64,000 nucleotides of DNA from a virus (taxonomy: Duplodnaviria > Heunggongvirae > Uroviricota > Caudoviricetes), in IMG/VR virus record IMGVR_UViG_2529292922_000010. One strand, written 5' to 3'. Position numbers and translations under genes: made by a program. A model generated the notes under the pieces. That model saw nothing but the letters and a program-made list of their open reading frames with translations, was not told the origin of the DNA and searched no databases. The first letter of the stretch is position 1. Each line of letters begins with the position of its first letter. This document shows positions 34,709 through 43,850 of the stretch, piece by piece.

Positions 34709-34943
34709 ATGGCTTCAAATCCGTACGGCGAAGCATAAAAACGCGATTTGTTCCGCTCTGATTCCCAATGAGGCAAAAGCCTTCTTTCACCTTGATAGCC
34801 TGCAAGTTGTCGAGTTCACCGCTGGTTACACGGCTATCGAACTCTTTGCGGCTTATTAGCTCCATCTGCATCTGACGACTCCAAACAAATGCCCATTGAA
34901 GGGCGATGGCTGAATGGTACCGAAAATACGACATAAAAAACAA
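34587..34943 (-). CDS. hypothetical protein upstream of hrdC
   Basis: 118-aa ORF following C1 operator; overlaps hrdC 5' region so start/extent uncertain. Confidence 0.35.
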
Positions 34944-34958
34944 TATTTATTAGAGCAA
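34941..34958 (-). promoter_or_regulatory. C1 operator
   Basis: AATATTTATTAGAGCAAT. Confidence 0.65.
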
Positions 34959-35040
34959 TTTTGCAATAGCTGAACCCCATGTAGACCACAAACAACCTGA
35001 GCTAAAATAACGAAAATCAGAGCAAATAATTGGTGATGAC

Positions 35041-35325
35041 GTGGCAAGTATTGCAACAAAAGACAGCATTTGTTCGGGGCACGGAGGATTCCCATCCAGG
35101 CCTCCTGTAGAGAGTGAACCACTACTTAAAGTCAACGGAGTCGAAGTGTTAGTTGATGGTAAGCAATATGCACAGCATACCGATGGAAACAGTACGCACG
35201 GTGGGCAAGCTATATCAACCAGGGCATGGTTTACCGTCAATGGTAAAGGGATCGTATGCGTTGGTGACCCTGTTTCATGCGGATCTACCGTAGCGTCCGG
35301 AGACGGCCTGGTTCAGGTAAGTTAG
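35041..35325 (+). CDS. PAAR-like domain protein
   Basis: 94 aa; SICSGHGG...STHGGQ...CVGDPVSCGS pattern reminiscent of PAAR spike-tip proteins. Confidence 0.4.
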   Translation: MASIATKDSICSGHGGFPSRPPVESEPLLKVNGVEVLVDGKQYAQHTDGNSTHGGQAISTRAWFTVNGKGIVCVGDPVSCGSTVASGDGLVQVS

Positions 35326-35333
35326 GAGATATC

Positions 35334-36122
35334 ATGCTGGAAAAAGACTACCAGTTATCCGCATATAAAAAATTGGCCGCCGCCGGTGGGATGAAAACAC
35401 CTGGTGCCATAACATCGGCACGAAACAGTGCTAACACAGCAAAACTGCTTGCAGAAGAATTGACCGGATTAATTCTGGATACAATTGTCTATCCCGACAC
35501 TATTACCAGCTATGTTTCAACGATCAGAACAACCACAACCGGCTTAACGAACATTGGAGAACTGGCAACTAAGCACGCGGACCTGTTGGCTGGTTATGCA
35601 GATCTGTCAATGCTGCTTCAACTCGATATTGGTTGGGATGTTTACTGCCGTGCTAATGAGCGAGAAGTATCAGAACTGCCGATCTCTATTGCCATTGGTG
35701 ATGTGACTATTACTAAATCGCTTGAGGACGCTGTAAACGCGCTTAATACATCAAGTTTAGTCGCTGCTATGGGGGAGATTAACCAGACCCTTAACACTGG
35801 CTCAGGAAGCTCGTCAGGCTCTGGTTCAGGCGGCGGCACTGCCACTCCCCCACCAGCACTAACAGAAGAGCAAATTGAATCTCTGAAAGTAGCAACTGAA
35901 CAGTTTGGGGTTGTATTCAACCAGACAACAGCGCCCACAACTGCGTTACAACAGCAGTATGAACGAGCGAATGAAAGCGCCAATGTAGCCATAACTGCTT
36001 ATAACCATGCTATCGGTACTGCGCTTGCGGAAGCATCAGCAAATAAGGCCAGCACAGCCAGCGCAGTTGCTGCTTTGGTTCCTGATTCTGTTCTTGATGA
36101 ATTAAACAAAGCGGCACAGTAA
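35334..36122 (+). CDS. hypothetical protein with Ser/Gly-rich linker
   Basis: ORF 35277..36122, start taken at MLEKDYQ with RBS GGAGAT. Confidence 0.45.
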   Translation: MLEKDYQLSAYKKLAAAGGMKTPGAITSARNSANTAKLLAEELTGLILDTIVYPDTITSYVSTIRTTTTGLTNIGELATKHADLLAGYADLSMLLQLDIGWDVYCRANEREVSELPISIAIGDVTITKSLEDAVNALNTSSLVAAMGEINQTLNTGSGSSSGSGSGGGTATPPPALTEEQIESLKVATEQFGVVFNQTTAPTTALQQQYERANESANVAITAYNHAIGTALAEASANKASTASAVAALVPDSVLDELNKAAQ

Positions 36123-36161
36123 CAAAGGACTTCATTGATAATTTTTCTTCAGGAGGAAGAC

Positions 36162-36584
36162 ATGTCATTCTTTTCTACGTTAAAAACAGCTTTGTCTTTG
36201 AAGGAGAAACTTGCTGCTACTGGTGTTCTTGTTCTGATTTGCGCACTTGTTGGTGCTGGGTTTGCATGGGAACGTCATCAGCTAAAGCAAGCCATCGAGA
36301 AAATTGGCAGTCTTGATCAGGCTGTTAAGGAACGTGATAAGTCAATAATGGATCTTAACCAGACCATTGAGACGATGAACAAAGCAGAGCAACATTTTCA
36401 CAGCCAGGAAGTGAAAAATGAATCAGAACAAGCCAAATATGCTGACAGGCAAATGGAACGAAAAGCTGAAGTTCAGAAACAACTGGTTGCGGCGGGTAAT
36501 GTTCGCCAGCGCATTCCTGCTGACACTCAGCGGTTGCTCCGGGAGTCGATCAGCGAATTTAACGCCGACGCCGACAAAGGTTAA
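36162..36584 (+). CDS. type-II membrane protein with periplasmic coiled coil (i-spanin-like)
   Basis: RBS GGAGGAAG before MSFFSTLK; single N-terminal TM helix; coiled-coil remainder. Confidence 0.45.
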   Translation: MSFFSTLKTALSLKEKLAATGVLVLICALVGAGFAWERHQLKQAIEKIGSLDQAVKERDKSIMDLNQTIETMNKAEQHFHSQEVKNESEQAKYADRQMERKAEVQKQLVAAGNVRQRIPADTQRLLRESISEFNADADKG

Positions 36585-36750
36585 CCACCCTGCCCCCAAA
36601 AGTGCATTTATGTGCAGAATGCCAGAGTTTAGCAGTGAATATTTCGATGATCTGCCAGCGTATATCCTCGATACAGAAACGATGCTGATGGGGATTAACA
36701 GGAAGAATCGCAACGTTAATGATTACAACCGCGCTATCAGCGGTAACTAA
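36499..36750 (+). CDS. small proline-rich lipoprotein overlapping the previous gene in another frame (o-spanin-like)
   Basis: MFASAFLLTLSGC lipobox; overlaps 3' end of the 36162 gene by about 85 nt. Confidence 0.35.
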   Translation: MFASAFLLTLSGCSGSRSANLTPTPTKVNHPAPKSAFMCRMPEFSSEYFDDLPAYILDTETMLMGINRKNRNVNDYNRAISGN

Positions 36751-36761
36751 AAGGGATTTTT

Positions 36762-37154
36762 ATGTCTGATAAAGTAACAGTAAAGCAAACTATCAACAAA
36801 GCGACTTCAATCTACAAAATTGAGCACATCACTGTTGGCAAGCCAGGATCTGAACAATACCGTCATGCTTTCGAGCTTGCCGCTCAGCTTGGTTTAAAAC
36901 ACCCGGATTGCATTGAGCATGTATTTCCGACCTATGCTGATGAGCAATGTACTCATGTTCTTACCGAAGAGGATTTTTTCAGCACTGAAGAACGAGAAGG
37001 CGTTGATCGCTGCATTGGTGTGATTTGCTCTTCAGTGAGTTATGAGTTATTCCCTAATGTCCATGAAAATGGTGGTATTGGATACCAATTCCTGTACGAA
37101 GGCGATGAGCTTAAATGTTATGAACATGGTCTTCTTATCGAAAGCGTAGAATAA
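36762..37154 (+). CDS. hypothetical protein
   Basis: 130-aa ORF followed by hairpin terminator. Confidence 0.5.
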   Translation: MSDKVTVKQTINKATSIYKIEHITVGKPGSEQYRHAFELAAQLGLKHPDCIEHVFPTYADEQCTHVLTEEDFFSTEEREGVDRCIGVICSSVSYELFPNVHENGGIGYQFLYEGDELKCYEHGLLIESVE

Positions 37155-37169
37155 TACCCTTCCTTCCAA

Positions 37170-37192
37170 CCGGCTATGTTGGCCGGTTTATT
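37170..37192 (+). terminator. rho-independent terminator
   Basis: AACCGGCTATGTTGGCCGGTTTATT. Confidence 0.6.
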
Positions 37193-37197
37193 CAACT

Positions 37198-37267
37198 TAT
37201 CCACAGCATAGATCCAATAAACAGATCCCAAAGAGAACCTAGGAAGATCCAAAGAAGATCCCGGATC
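37198..37267. other. oriR core: DnaA box plus five GATC (Dam) heptamer repeats
   Basis: TTATCCACA at 37198; AGATCC-type repeats with GATC at 37211, 37224, 37246, 37257, 37264. Confidence 0.75.
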
Positions 37268-37308
37268 GCTGTAAGCCGCGCCGTTCATGGCCTGAAACGG
37301 GATCAACA

Positions 37309-37412
37309 TTGACTATACGCGATTTTATGTTGACTGTGTGCGATTTTATGTTGACTGCACGCGATTTATTGTTGACTATACGCGACAGAAACGTTGACTG
37401 TACGCGATTTTA
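37309..37412 (+). repeat. incC iterons (five ~19-bp direct repeats, TTGACTNTNNGCGATTTTA)
   Basis: five tandem repeats at roughly 21-bp spacing upstream of repA. Confidence 0.8.
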
Positions 37413-37488
37413 GAGCCTGAATATTCACAGCTGTTGATAACAGTCATCTAAATTAACGCCAGGCCGCGCCACACATGGAGAAACCACG

Positions 37489-38373
37489 ATGCCGGAAGAA
37501 AGTAAAGGCTTCCTTAGCGTTGAAGAAGTTGCAGGAAATACAGGAGAAATCCACAGCCTGAAGCCCAATAACAACAGCACTATACAACCTATCGCTTTGT
37601 TGCGCTTAGGTGTGTTTGTGCCAACCTTAAAATCTACCAATGTGGCACTACGTCGCGGATCGTCAGTTACTACAAACACAACGAACGCAACCGAAGAACT
37701 ATCAAGCCTTAAAATTGTTGAGCAGGAAGGCTATGAGGGAATTGAAATTCATGGCCCACGCCTGGATATGGATACTGATTTTAAGGTGTGGGTGGGCATA
37801 ACCTCCGCGTTGTTTGACTACGCACCTGATGATGACGGCATAATCACCCTGCCATTCTCCGAGTTTGCCGATCGATGCGGCTATCCACGTAAGCGCCTTT
37901 CAAAGGCGTTCCGTAAAAGTATTGATGACTCTCTGACACGCATTCAGCAGACAGTTGTCAAATTCCGCTTCCCGGCGGCAAAAGGTCATCTCAATAACAT
38001 TAACGTCAACTTGTTGGCATATAGCAGCCTGAATACCGAGCTTGATGTTATCGAGATCCAGCCGCAGAAACAGCTATCTGAACTTTACTATGTTGACTAT
38101 AAGCGAATCCTGAAGCTGAAGATGCTGGATAAGCTCGGGCGCAAAGAGACGGCCAAGGTACTGTATACATTCTTTGAGGCTCTACCCGCCAACCCGGCAC
38201 CTGTCAGCATTGAGCGCCTTAGAGCAAGGCTTAATCTCAAATCATCCGTTAGCGTGCAAAATAGCGTTATCAGAAAAGCCATGAAAGATTTGGAAGCTAT
38301 TGAATATCTTAAATTTTCAGAGATAAAAAACGGCAGGAAAATCGGCTTCCAGATCCATAAGCGCAATCCATAA
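37489..38373 (+). CDS. repA: plasmid replication initiator RepA
   Basis: 294 aa; conserved segments TIQPIALLRLGVFVP and GPRLDMDTDFK resemble P1 RepA; flanked by iterons. Confidence 0.85.
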   Translation: MPEESKGFLSVEEVAGNTGEIHSLKPNNNSTIQPIALLRLGVFVPTLKSTNVALRRGSSVTTNTTNATEELSSLKIVEQEGYEGIEIHGPRLDMDTDFKVWVGITSALFDYAPDDDGIITLPFSEFADRCGYPRKRLSKAFRKSIDDSLTRIQQTVVKFRFPAAKGHLNNINVNLLAYSSLNTELDVIEIQPQKQLSELYYVDYKRILKLKMLDKLGRKETAKVLYTFFEALPANPAPVSIERLRARLNLKSSVSVQNSVIRKAMKDLEAIEYLKFSEIKNGRKIGFQIHKRNP

Positions 38374-38375
38374 TA

Positions 38376-38630
38376 TTGACTATATGCGATAGCGAGAAGT
38401 TGACTATAGGCGACATTCGTTGACGCTGGTGGATTTTTGCTGGCGTCAATATTCTGCAAGTCGCTATTGAGATGGCTTTTAGGGTCATTTCATCGCGTAT
38501 AGTCAACGTTTCTCCCGACAATATCTTACATAGTCGATCTTTGGTGGAGTTAAATCGACTACAGTCAACTTTTGACTGTAGTCACATCGCGCATAGTCAA
38601 CTATTCACATTAACTTTCGCGTATAGTCAA
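38376..38630. repeat. incA iterons (about nine copies in both orientations)
   Basis: TTGACTATATGCGAT, TTGACTATAGGCGAC, CGCGTATAGTCAA, CGCGCATAGTCAA, TTGACTGTAGTCACA and others. Confidence 0.8.
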
Positions 38631-38665
38631 CATTTGCGCGGTTCTCATCAAGCAGTGGTATTGAT

Positions 38666-39475
38666 ATGCAAGAAGAGAAACAACACTACCTCTACGTTCT
38701 GGTGCCGGAGAATGGAGATACTTTTAAAATCGGCATTTCATGTGGTCCATTGGCACGGTTTAAAGGGCTACAAGTGAGTCCCGATTTTGCGCTTTCACGG
38801 GTCTATCGTGGTACGCGTTTGGCAATAGTTAATCTTGAGCGGGCTTTACACGCAACCTTTTTCCCCTGGAATGCGCCGTGGGAGAAAAGCGCTGGTGGCG
38901 GGCATACTGAATGGTTTACACGAGAGTGTCTTGATAAGGTTTTGGCTCATATCGAATATCTAAATGATATGTGGGGAGGGATTCTCGAGCGCATTAAGTC
39001 GAATGATTTACTTCAGCGTCCAGTAGATGCTGCCCGCTCTTTCGAAAAAGAGCTGGATGTTACTTCTATCGTGACTTTCAAAGATGACGCAGGAATGAGG
39101 GACGTGGCTTATGTCTCCATATCTGGCTATGAACCGGACGCGATCCGCGCTCAATGTGAATTGCTGAAAGCAATGTTTATGCTTCGGACTAAATATTCCT
39201 GGGAGACAAGGCGGGTGTGCTTCCCTATGGAAGAGTTAACCGCCACCATTGATTCCCAGCTTTACCACGATAATCCAGAGAAGTTTTTTAGCCTTTTAGC
39301 CGGTAATGGGCTTAACTGTGTGTCCGGGCTGGGGCGAAGTAGAATCCAACATGCCTCGCTCTTCGGTCCCTTCTTTTACGATCGACACGGGTACTTTGAG
39401 GCTGAACTTCCGGCGCTTACGCGTGCCATAGATACTATCGATTTCGAACGATTATTCGCTGCTCTTAGCAAATAA
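38666..39475 (+). CDS. T5orf172 (GIY-YIG-like) domain protein with unknown C-terminal domain
   Basis: N-terminal YLYVLV...FKIGIS...RFKGLQ...ERALHATF...GGHTEWF pattern typical of T5orf172/MUG113 domain; own terminator downstream. Confidence 0.55.
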   Translation: MQEEKQHYLYVLVPENGDTFKIGISCGPLARFKGLQVSPDFALSRVYRGTRLAIVNLERALHATFFPWNAPWEKSAGGGHTEWFTRECLDKVLAHIEYLNDMWGGILERIKSNDLLQRPVDAARSFEKELDVTSIVTFKDDAGMRDVAYVSISGYEPDAIRAQCELLKAMFMLRTKYSWETRRVCFPMEELTATIDSQLYHDNPEKFFSLLAGNGLNCVSGLGRSRIQHASLFGPFFYDRHGYFEAELPALTRAIDTIDFERLFAALSK

Positions 39476-39482
39476 CACTGAT

Positions 39483-39504
39483 GCCCCTGAACGGGGCTTT
39501 TTTG
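39483..39504 (+). terminator. rho-independent terminator
   Basis: GCCCCTGAACGGGGCTTTTTTGT. Confidence 0.75.
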
Positions 39505-39643
39505 TGCCCTCCTTGTAACTCTCAATCGTGCAAAATGAACCAAACATGCAGAGAATGCTATGTACAAGCATCTGTGCATACATTATTATTTTATGCAGCA
39601 TTTTTAATTAAATTCAAAAATACAGCATAAAGGATGGCTTTCG

Positions 39644-40840
39644 ATGAGTGATTCCAGCCAGCTTCACAAGGTTGCTCAAAGAGCAAACAGAATGCTCAAT
39701 GTTCTGACTGAACAAGTACAGTTGCAAAAGGATGAGCTACACGCGAACGAGTTTTACCAGGTCTATGCGAAAGCGGCACTGGCAAAATTGCCTCTACTGA
39801 CTCGAGCGAACGTTGACTATGCCGTGAGTGAAATGGAAGAAAAGGGTTATGTTTTCGATAAACGCCCTGCTGGCTCTTCAATGAAATATGCGATGTCAAT
39901 TCAGAACATCATTGACATATATGAACATCGCGGAGTGCCAAAATACCGGGATCGCTACAGCGAAGCGTATGTGATTTTCATCTCCAATCTTAAAGGCGGT
40001 GTGTCAAAAACTGTATCGACGGTTTCTCTGGCGCATGCAATGCGTGCTCACCCTCATCTTCTGATGGAAGATTTAAGGATTCTGGTTATTGACCTTGATC
40101 CGCAATCTTCAGCAACGATGTTTTTAAGCCATAAACACTCTATTGGTATCGTAAACGCAACATCTGCACAGGCTATGTTGCAGAATGTAAGCCGTGAAGA
40201 GCTGTTAGAGGAGTTTATTGTTCCTTCTGTTGTACCTGGGGTTGACGTTATGCCTGCGTCGATTGACGATGCCTTTATTGCATCCGATTGGAGAGAGCTG
40301 TGCAATGAGCATCTACCGGGTCAAAACATCCATGCAGTCCTGAAAGAAAATGTGATTGATAAGCTGAAGAGCGATTATGACTTTATCCTCGTTGATAGTG
40401 GTCCTCACCTTGACGCCTTCCTGAAAAATGCTTTGGCCTCGGCCAATATACTGTTTACACCTCTGCCGCCTGCAACGGTTGATTTCCACTCATCGCTTAA
40501 ATACGTTGCCCGCCTTCCTGAGTTGGTAAAACTCATTTCGGATGAAGGCTGCGAGTGCCAGCTTGCGACTAACATTGGTTTTATGTCCAAGTTGAGTAAC
40601 AAGGCAGACCATAAGTATTGCCATAGCCTGGCTAAAGAAGTGTTCGGTGGGGATATGCTTGATGTCGTCCTCCCTCGCCTTGACGGTTTTGAACGCTGCG
40701 GCGAGTCTTTTGACACTGTTATTTCAGCTAACCCGGCAACGTATGTTGGTAGTGCTGATGCATTGAAGAACGCGCGAATTGCCGCGGAAGATTTTGCTAA
40801 AGCAGTTTTTGACCGTATTGAATTTATCAGATCTAACTGA
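39644..40840 (+). CDS. parA: partition ATPase ParA
   Basis: 398 aa; deviant Walker A KGGVSKT; N-terminal HTH extension; matches recalled P1 ParA. Confidence 0.9.
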   Translation: MSDSSQLHKVAQRANRMLNVLTEQVQLQKDELHANEFYQVYAKAALAKLPLLTRANVDYAVSEMEEKGYVFDKRPAGSSMKYAMSIQNIIDIYEHRGVPKYRDRYSEAYVIFISNLKGGVSKTVSTVSLAHAMRAHPHLLMEDLRILVIDLDPQSSATMFLSHKHSIGIVNATSAQAMLQNVSREELLEEFIVPSVVPGVDVMPASIDDAFIASDWRELCNEHLPGQNIHAVLKENVIDKLKSDYDFILVDSGPHLDAFLKNALASANILFTPLPPATVDFHSSLKYVARLPELVKLISDEGCECQLATNIGFMSKLSNKADHKYCHSLAKEVFGGDMLDVVLPRLDGFERCGESFDTVISANPATYVGSADALKNARIAAEDFAKAVFDRIEFIRSN

Positions 40841-40856
40841 GGAGTAAGAAACCCCC

Positions 40857-41858
40857 ATGTCAAAGAAAAACAGACCAACAATTGGGCGAACCCTTAATCC
40901 TTCAATATTAAGCGGATTTGATAGTTCTTCAGCCTCTGGCGATCGAGTCGAGCAGGTATTCAAGTTATCAACTGGTCGCCAGGCCACATTTATTGAAGAG
41001 GTAATACCTCCGAACCAGGTAGAAAGCGATACCTTTGTTGATCAGCATAACAACGGGCGTGACCAGGCATCTCTTACGCCAAAATCATTAAAAAGTATCC
41101 GAAGCACTATTAAGCATCAGCAATTTTACCCTGCAATAGGTGTTAGACGGGCTACAGGGAAAATTGAAATTTTGGATGGTTCCCGGCGTCGAGCTTCTGC
41201 CATCTTAGAGAACGTAGGGTTGCGGGTTTTAGTCACGGACCAGGAGATCAGCGTTCAGGAAGCGCAAAATTTAGCGAAAGACGTTCAGACAGCATTGCAG
41301 CACAGCATTCGAGAAATAGGTCTGCGTTTGATGCGAATGAAAAATGATGGGATGAGTCAGAAGGATATTGCAGCCAAAGAAGGGCTGTCTCAGGCGAAGG
41401 TCACGCGTGCTCTCCAGGCAGCGAGTGCTCCGGAAGAATTAGTTGCCCTTTTCCCTGTGCAGTCGGAATTAACCTTTTCGGACTACAAAACGCTTTGTGC
41501 TGTTGGCGACGAAATGGGGAACAAGAATTTAGAGTTTGATCAGCTTATTCAAAACATATCCCCGGAAATAAACGACATCTTATCCATTGAAGAAATGGCC
41601 GAAGATGAAGTTAAAAATAAAATCCTGCGCTTGATAACAAAGGAAGCCTCACTACTCACGGATAAAGGTTCTAAAGATAAGTCCGTAGTTACTGAATTAT
41701 GGAAATTTGAGGACAAGGATCGCTTTGCAAGGAAGCGCGTGAAAGGCCGTGCATTTTCTTATGAGTTTAATCGACTTTCAAAAGAGCTACAGGAAGAACT
41801 CGACAGGATGATTGGGCATATCCTTAGAAAGAGCCTCGATAAAAAGCCGAAGCCTTAA
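40857..41858 (+). CDS. parB: partition protein ParB
   Basis: 333 aa; ParB/Spo0J-type box (GSRRRAS) and HTH; directly followed by parS. Confidence 0.85.
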   Translation: MSKKNRPTIGRTLNPSILSGFDSSSASGDRVEQVFKLSTGRQATFIEEVIPPNQVESDTFVDQHNNGRDQASLTPKSLKSIRSTIKHQQFYPAIGVRRATGKIEILDGSRRRASAILENVGLRVLVTDQEISVQEAQNLAKDVQTALQHSIREIGLRLMRMKNDGMSQKDIAAKEGLSQAKVTRALQAASAPEELVALFPVQSELTFSDYKTLCAVGDEMGNKNLEFDQLIQNISPEINDILSIEEMAEDEVKNKILRLITKEASLLTDKGSKDKSVVTELWKFEDKDRFARKRVKGRAFSYEFNRLSKELQEELDRMIGHILRKSLDKKPKP

Positions 41859-41862
41859 ACTT

Positions 41863-41949
41863 TCGCCATTCAAATTTCACTATTAACCTACTGTTTTTAA
41901 AGTAAATCCATCTAAAATTTCAAGGTGAAATCGCCACGATTTCACCTTG
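41863..41949. other. parS centromere (box A heptamers ATTTCAC, box B hexamers TCGCCA, AT-rich IHF region)
   Basis: TCGCCATTCAAATTTCAC ... AAATTTCAAGGTGAAATCGCCACGATTTCAC matches recalled P1 parS. Confidence 0.85.
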
Positions 41950-42062
41950 GATTTTACCTTCCTCCCCTACTCACGAAAAAAATAAAAAAATTGCTTGTCA
42001 CGAGAAAGTCAACAAGTGACTTTCAATAAAATCTCTTCCGAAAAGGGATTCACACAAGTGCC

Positions 42063-43790
42063 TTGTGTTTAAGGAAGAGTAAATTGAGTAACTTACGCGA
42101 ATACCAGAATCGTATTGCAGATATCGCAAAACGCTCTAAAGCTGTGCTTGGCTGGGCAAGCACTGCGCAGTTCGGTACTGATAACCAATTCATTAAAGAT
42201 GATGCCGCGCGTGCCGCATCTATCCTTGAAGCTGCACGTAAAGACCCGGTTTTTGCGGGTATCTCTGATAATGCCACCGCTCAAATCGCTACAGCGTGGG
42301 CAAGTGCACTGGCTGACTACGCCGCAGCACATAAATCTATGCCGCGTCCGGAAATTCTGGCCTCCTGCCACCAGACGCTGGAAAACTGCCTGATTGAGTC
42401 CACCCGCAATAGCATGGATGCCACTAATAAAGCGATGCTGGAGTCCGTCGCAGCAGAGATGATGAGCGTTTCTGACGGTGTTATGCGTCTGCCTTTATTC
42501 CTCGCGATGATCCTGCCTGTTCAGTTGGGGGCAGCTACCGCTGATGCGTGTACCTTCATTCCGGTTACGCGTGACCAGTCCGACATCTATGAAGTCTTTA
42601 ACGTGGCAGGTTCCTCTTTTGGTTCTTATGCTGCTGGTGATGTTCTGGACATGCAATCCGTCGGTGTGTACAGCCAGTTACGTCGCCGCTATGTGCTGGT
42701 GGCAAGCTCCGATGGCACTAGCAAAACCGCAACCTTCAAGATGGAAGACTTCGAAGGCCAGAATGTACCAATCCGAAAAGGTCGCACTAACATCTACGTT
42801 AACCGTATTAAGTCTGTTGTTGATAACGGTTCCGGCAGCCTACTTCACTCGTTTACTAATGCTGCTGGTGAGCAAATCACTGTTACCTGCTCTCTGAACT
42901 ACAACATTGGTCAGATTGCCCTGTCGTTCTCCAAAGCGCCGGATAAAGGCACTGAGATCGCAATTGAGACGGAAATCAATATTGAAGCCGCTCCTGAGCT
43001 GATCCCGCTGATCAACCACGAAATGAAGAAATACACCCTGTTCCCAAGTCAGTTCGTTATCGCGGCTGAGCACACGGTACAGGCGGCGTATGAAGCACAG
43101 CGTGAATTTGGTCTGGACCTGGGTTCCCTACAGTTCCGCACCCTGAAGGAATACCTGTCTCATGAACAGGATATGCTACGTCTTCGCATCATGATCTGGC
43201 GCACTCTTGCGACCGACACCTTTGACATCGCTCTGCCGGTTAACCAGTCCTTTGATGTATGGGCAACCATCATTCGTGGCAAATTCCAGACTGTATATCG
43301 CGACATTATTGAGCGCGTTAAATCTTCTGGTGCGATGGGGATGTTTGCTGGTGCTGATGCAGCATCTTTCTTCAAACAGTTGCCGAAGGATTTCTTCCAG
43401 CCAGCCGAAGACTATATCCAGACTCCGTATGTTCACTACATCGGTACCCTGTTCGGTAACGTGAAAGTGTACGAAGTACCTGCTGGTATTTGTAAGAACT
43501 TAACGACAGAGAACATTCAGTTCAGCTCGATGGATGTGCTGTGCTACGTCCGTGATGAAAATCCGGGTAAAGCAGGCTTCGTGACTGGTGATGCTGTCCC
43601 GGCCATCCCGTTCCAGCATCCGACCACTCCGGCGCTGGTCAACCGTACCACGCTGTGGGGTTCGGCTATCAATGATATGCACCCACGCAACGGCGCTGAT
43701 TACTTCACTCGTGTAACGCTGACAATGGCCAAAAAAGGCGGGCTTAACTTCATAAGCGGCGACACGATTGATGCCGGTGACTCTGAGTAA
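42063..43790 (+). CDS. major virion structural protein (probable major head protein; TTG or downstream start)
   Basis: 575-aa ORF at head of structural block, strong RBS AAGGAAGAG; position corresponds to P1 gene 23. Confidence 0.5.
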   Translation: MCLRKSKLSNLREYQNRIADIAKRSKAVLGWASTAQFGTDNQFIKDDAARAASILEAARKDPVFAGISDNATAQIATAWASALADYAAAHKSMPRPEILASCHQTLENCLIESTRNSMDATNKAMLESVAAEMMSVSDGVMRLPLFLAMILPVQLGAATADACTFIPVTRDQSDIYEVFNVAGSSFGSYAAGDVLDMQSVGVYSQLRRRYVLVASSDGTSKTATFKMEDFEGQNVPIRKGRTNIYVNRIKSVVDNGSGSLLHSFTNAAGEQITVTCSLNYNIGQIALSFSKAPDKGTEIAIETEINIEAAPELIPLINHEMKKYTLFPSQFVIAAEHTVQAAYEAQREFGLDLGSLQFRTLKEYLSHEQDMLRLRIMIWRTLATDTFDIALPVNQSFDVWATIIRGKFQTVYRDIIERVKSSGAMGMFAGADAASFFKQLPKDFFQPAEDYIQTPYVHYIGTLFGNVKVYEVPAGICKNLTTENIQFSSMDVLCYVRDENPGKAGFVTGDAVPAIPFQHPTTPALVNRTTLWGSAINDMHPRNGADYFTRVTLTMAKKGGLNFISGDTIDAGDSE

Positions 43791-43850
43791 TCAGGGGAAG
43801 TTCTCCGTTTAACATAGCGCCCCCGTGCGGGGCGCATAACAGGGAAAGTT

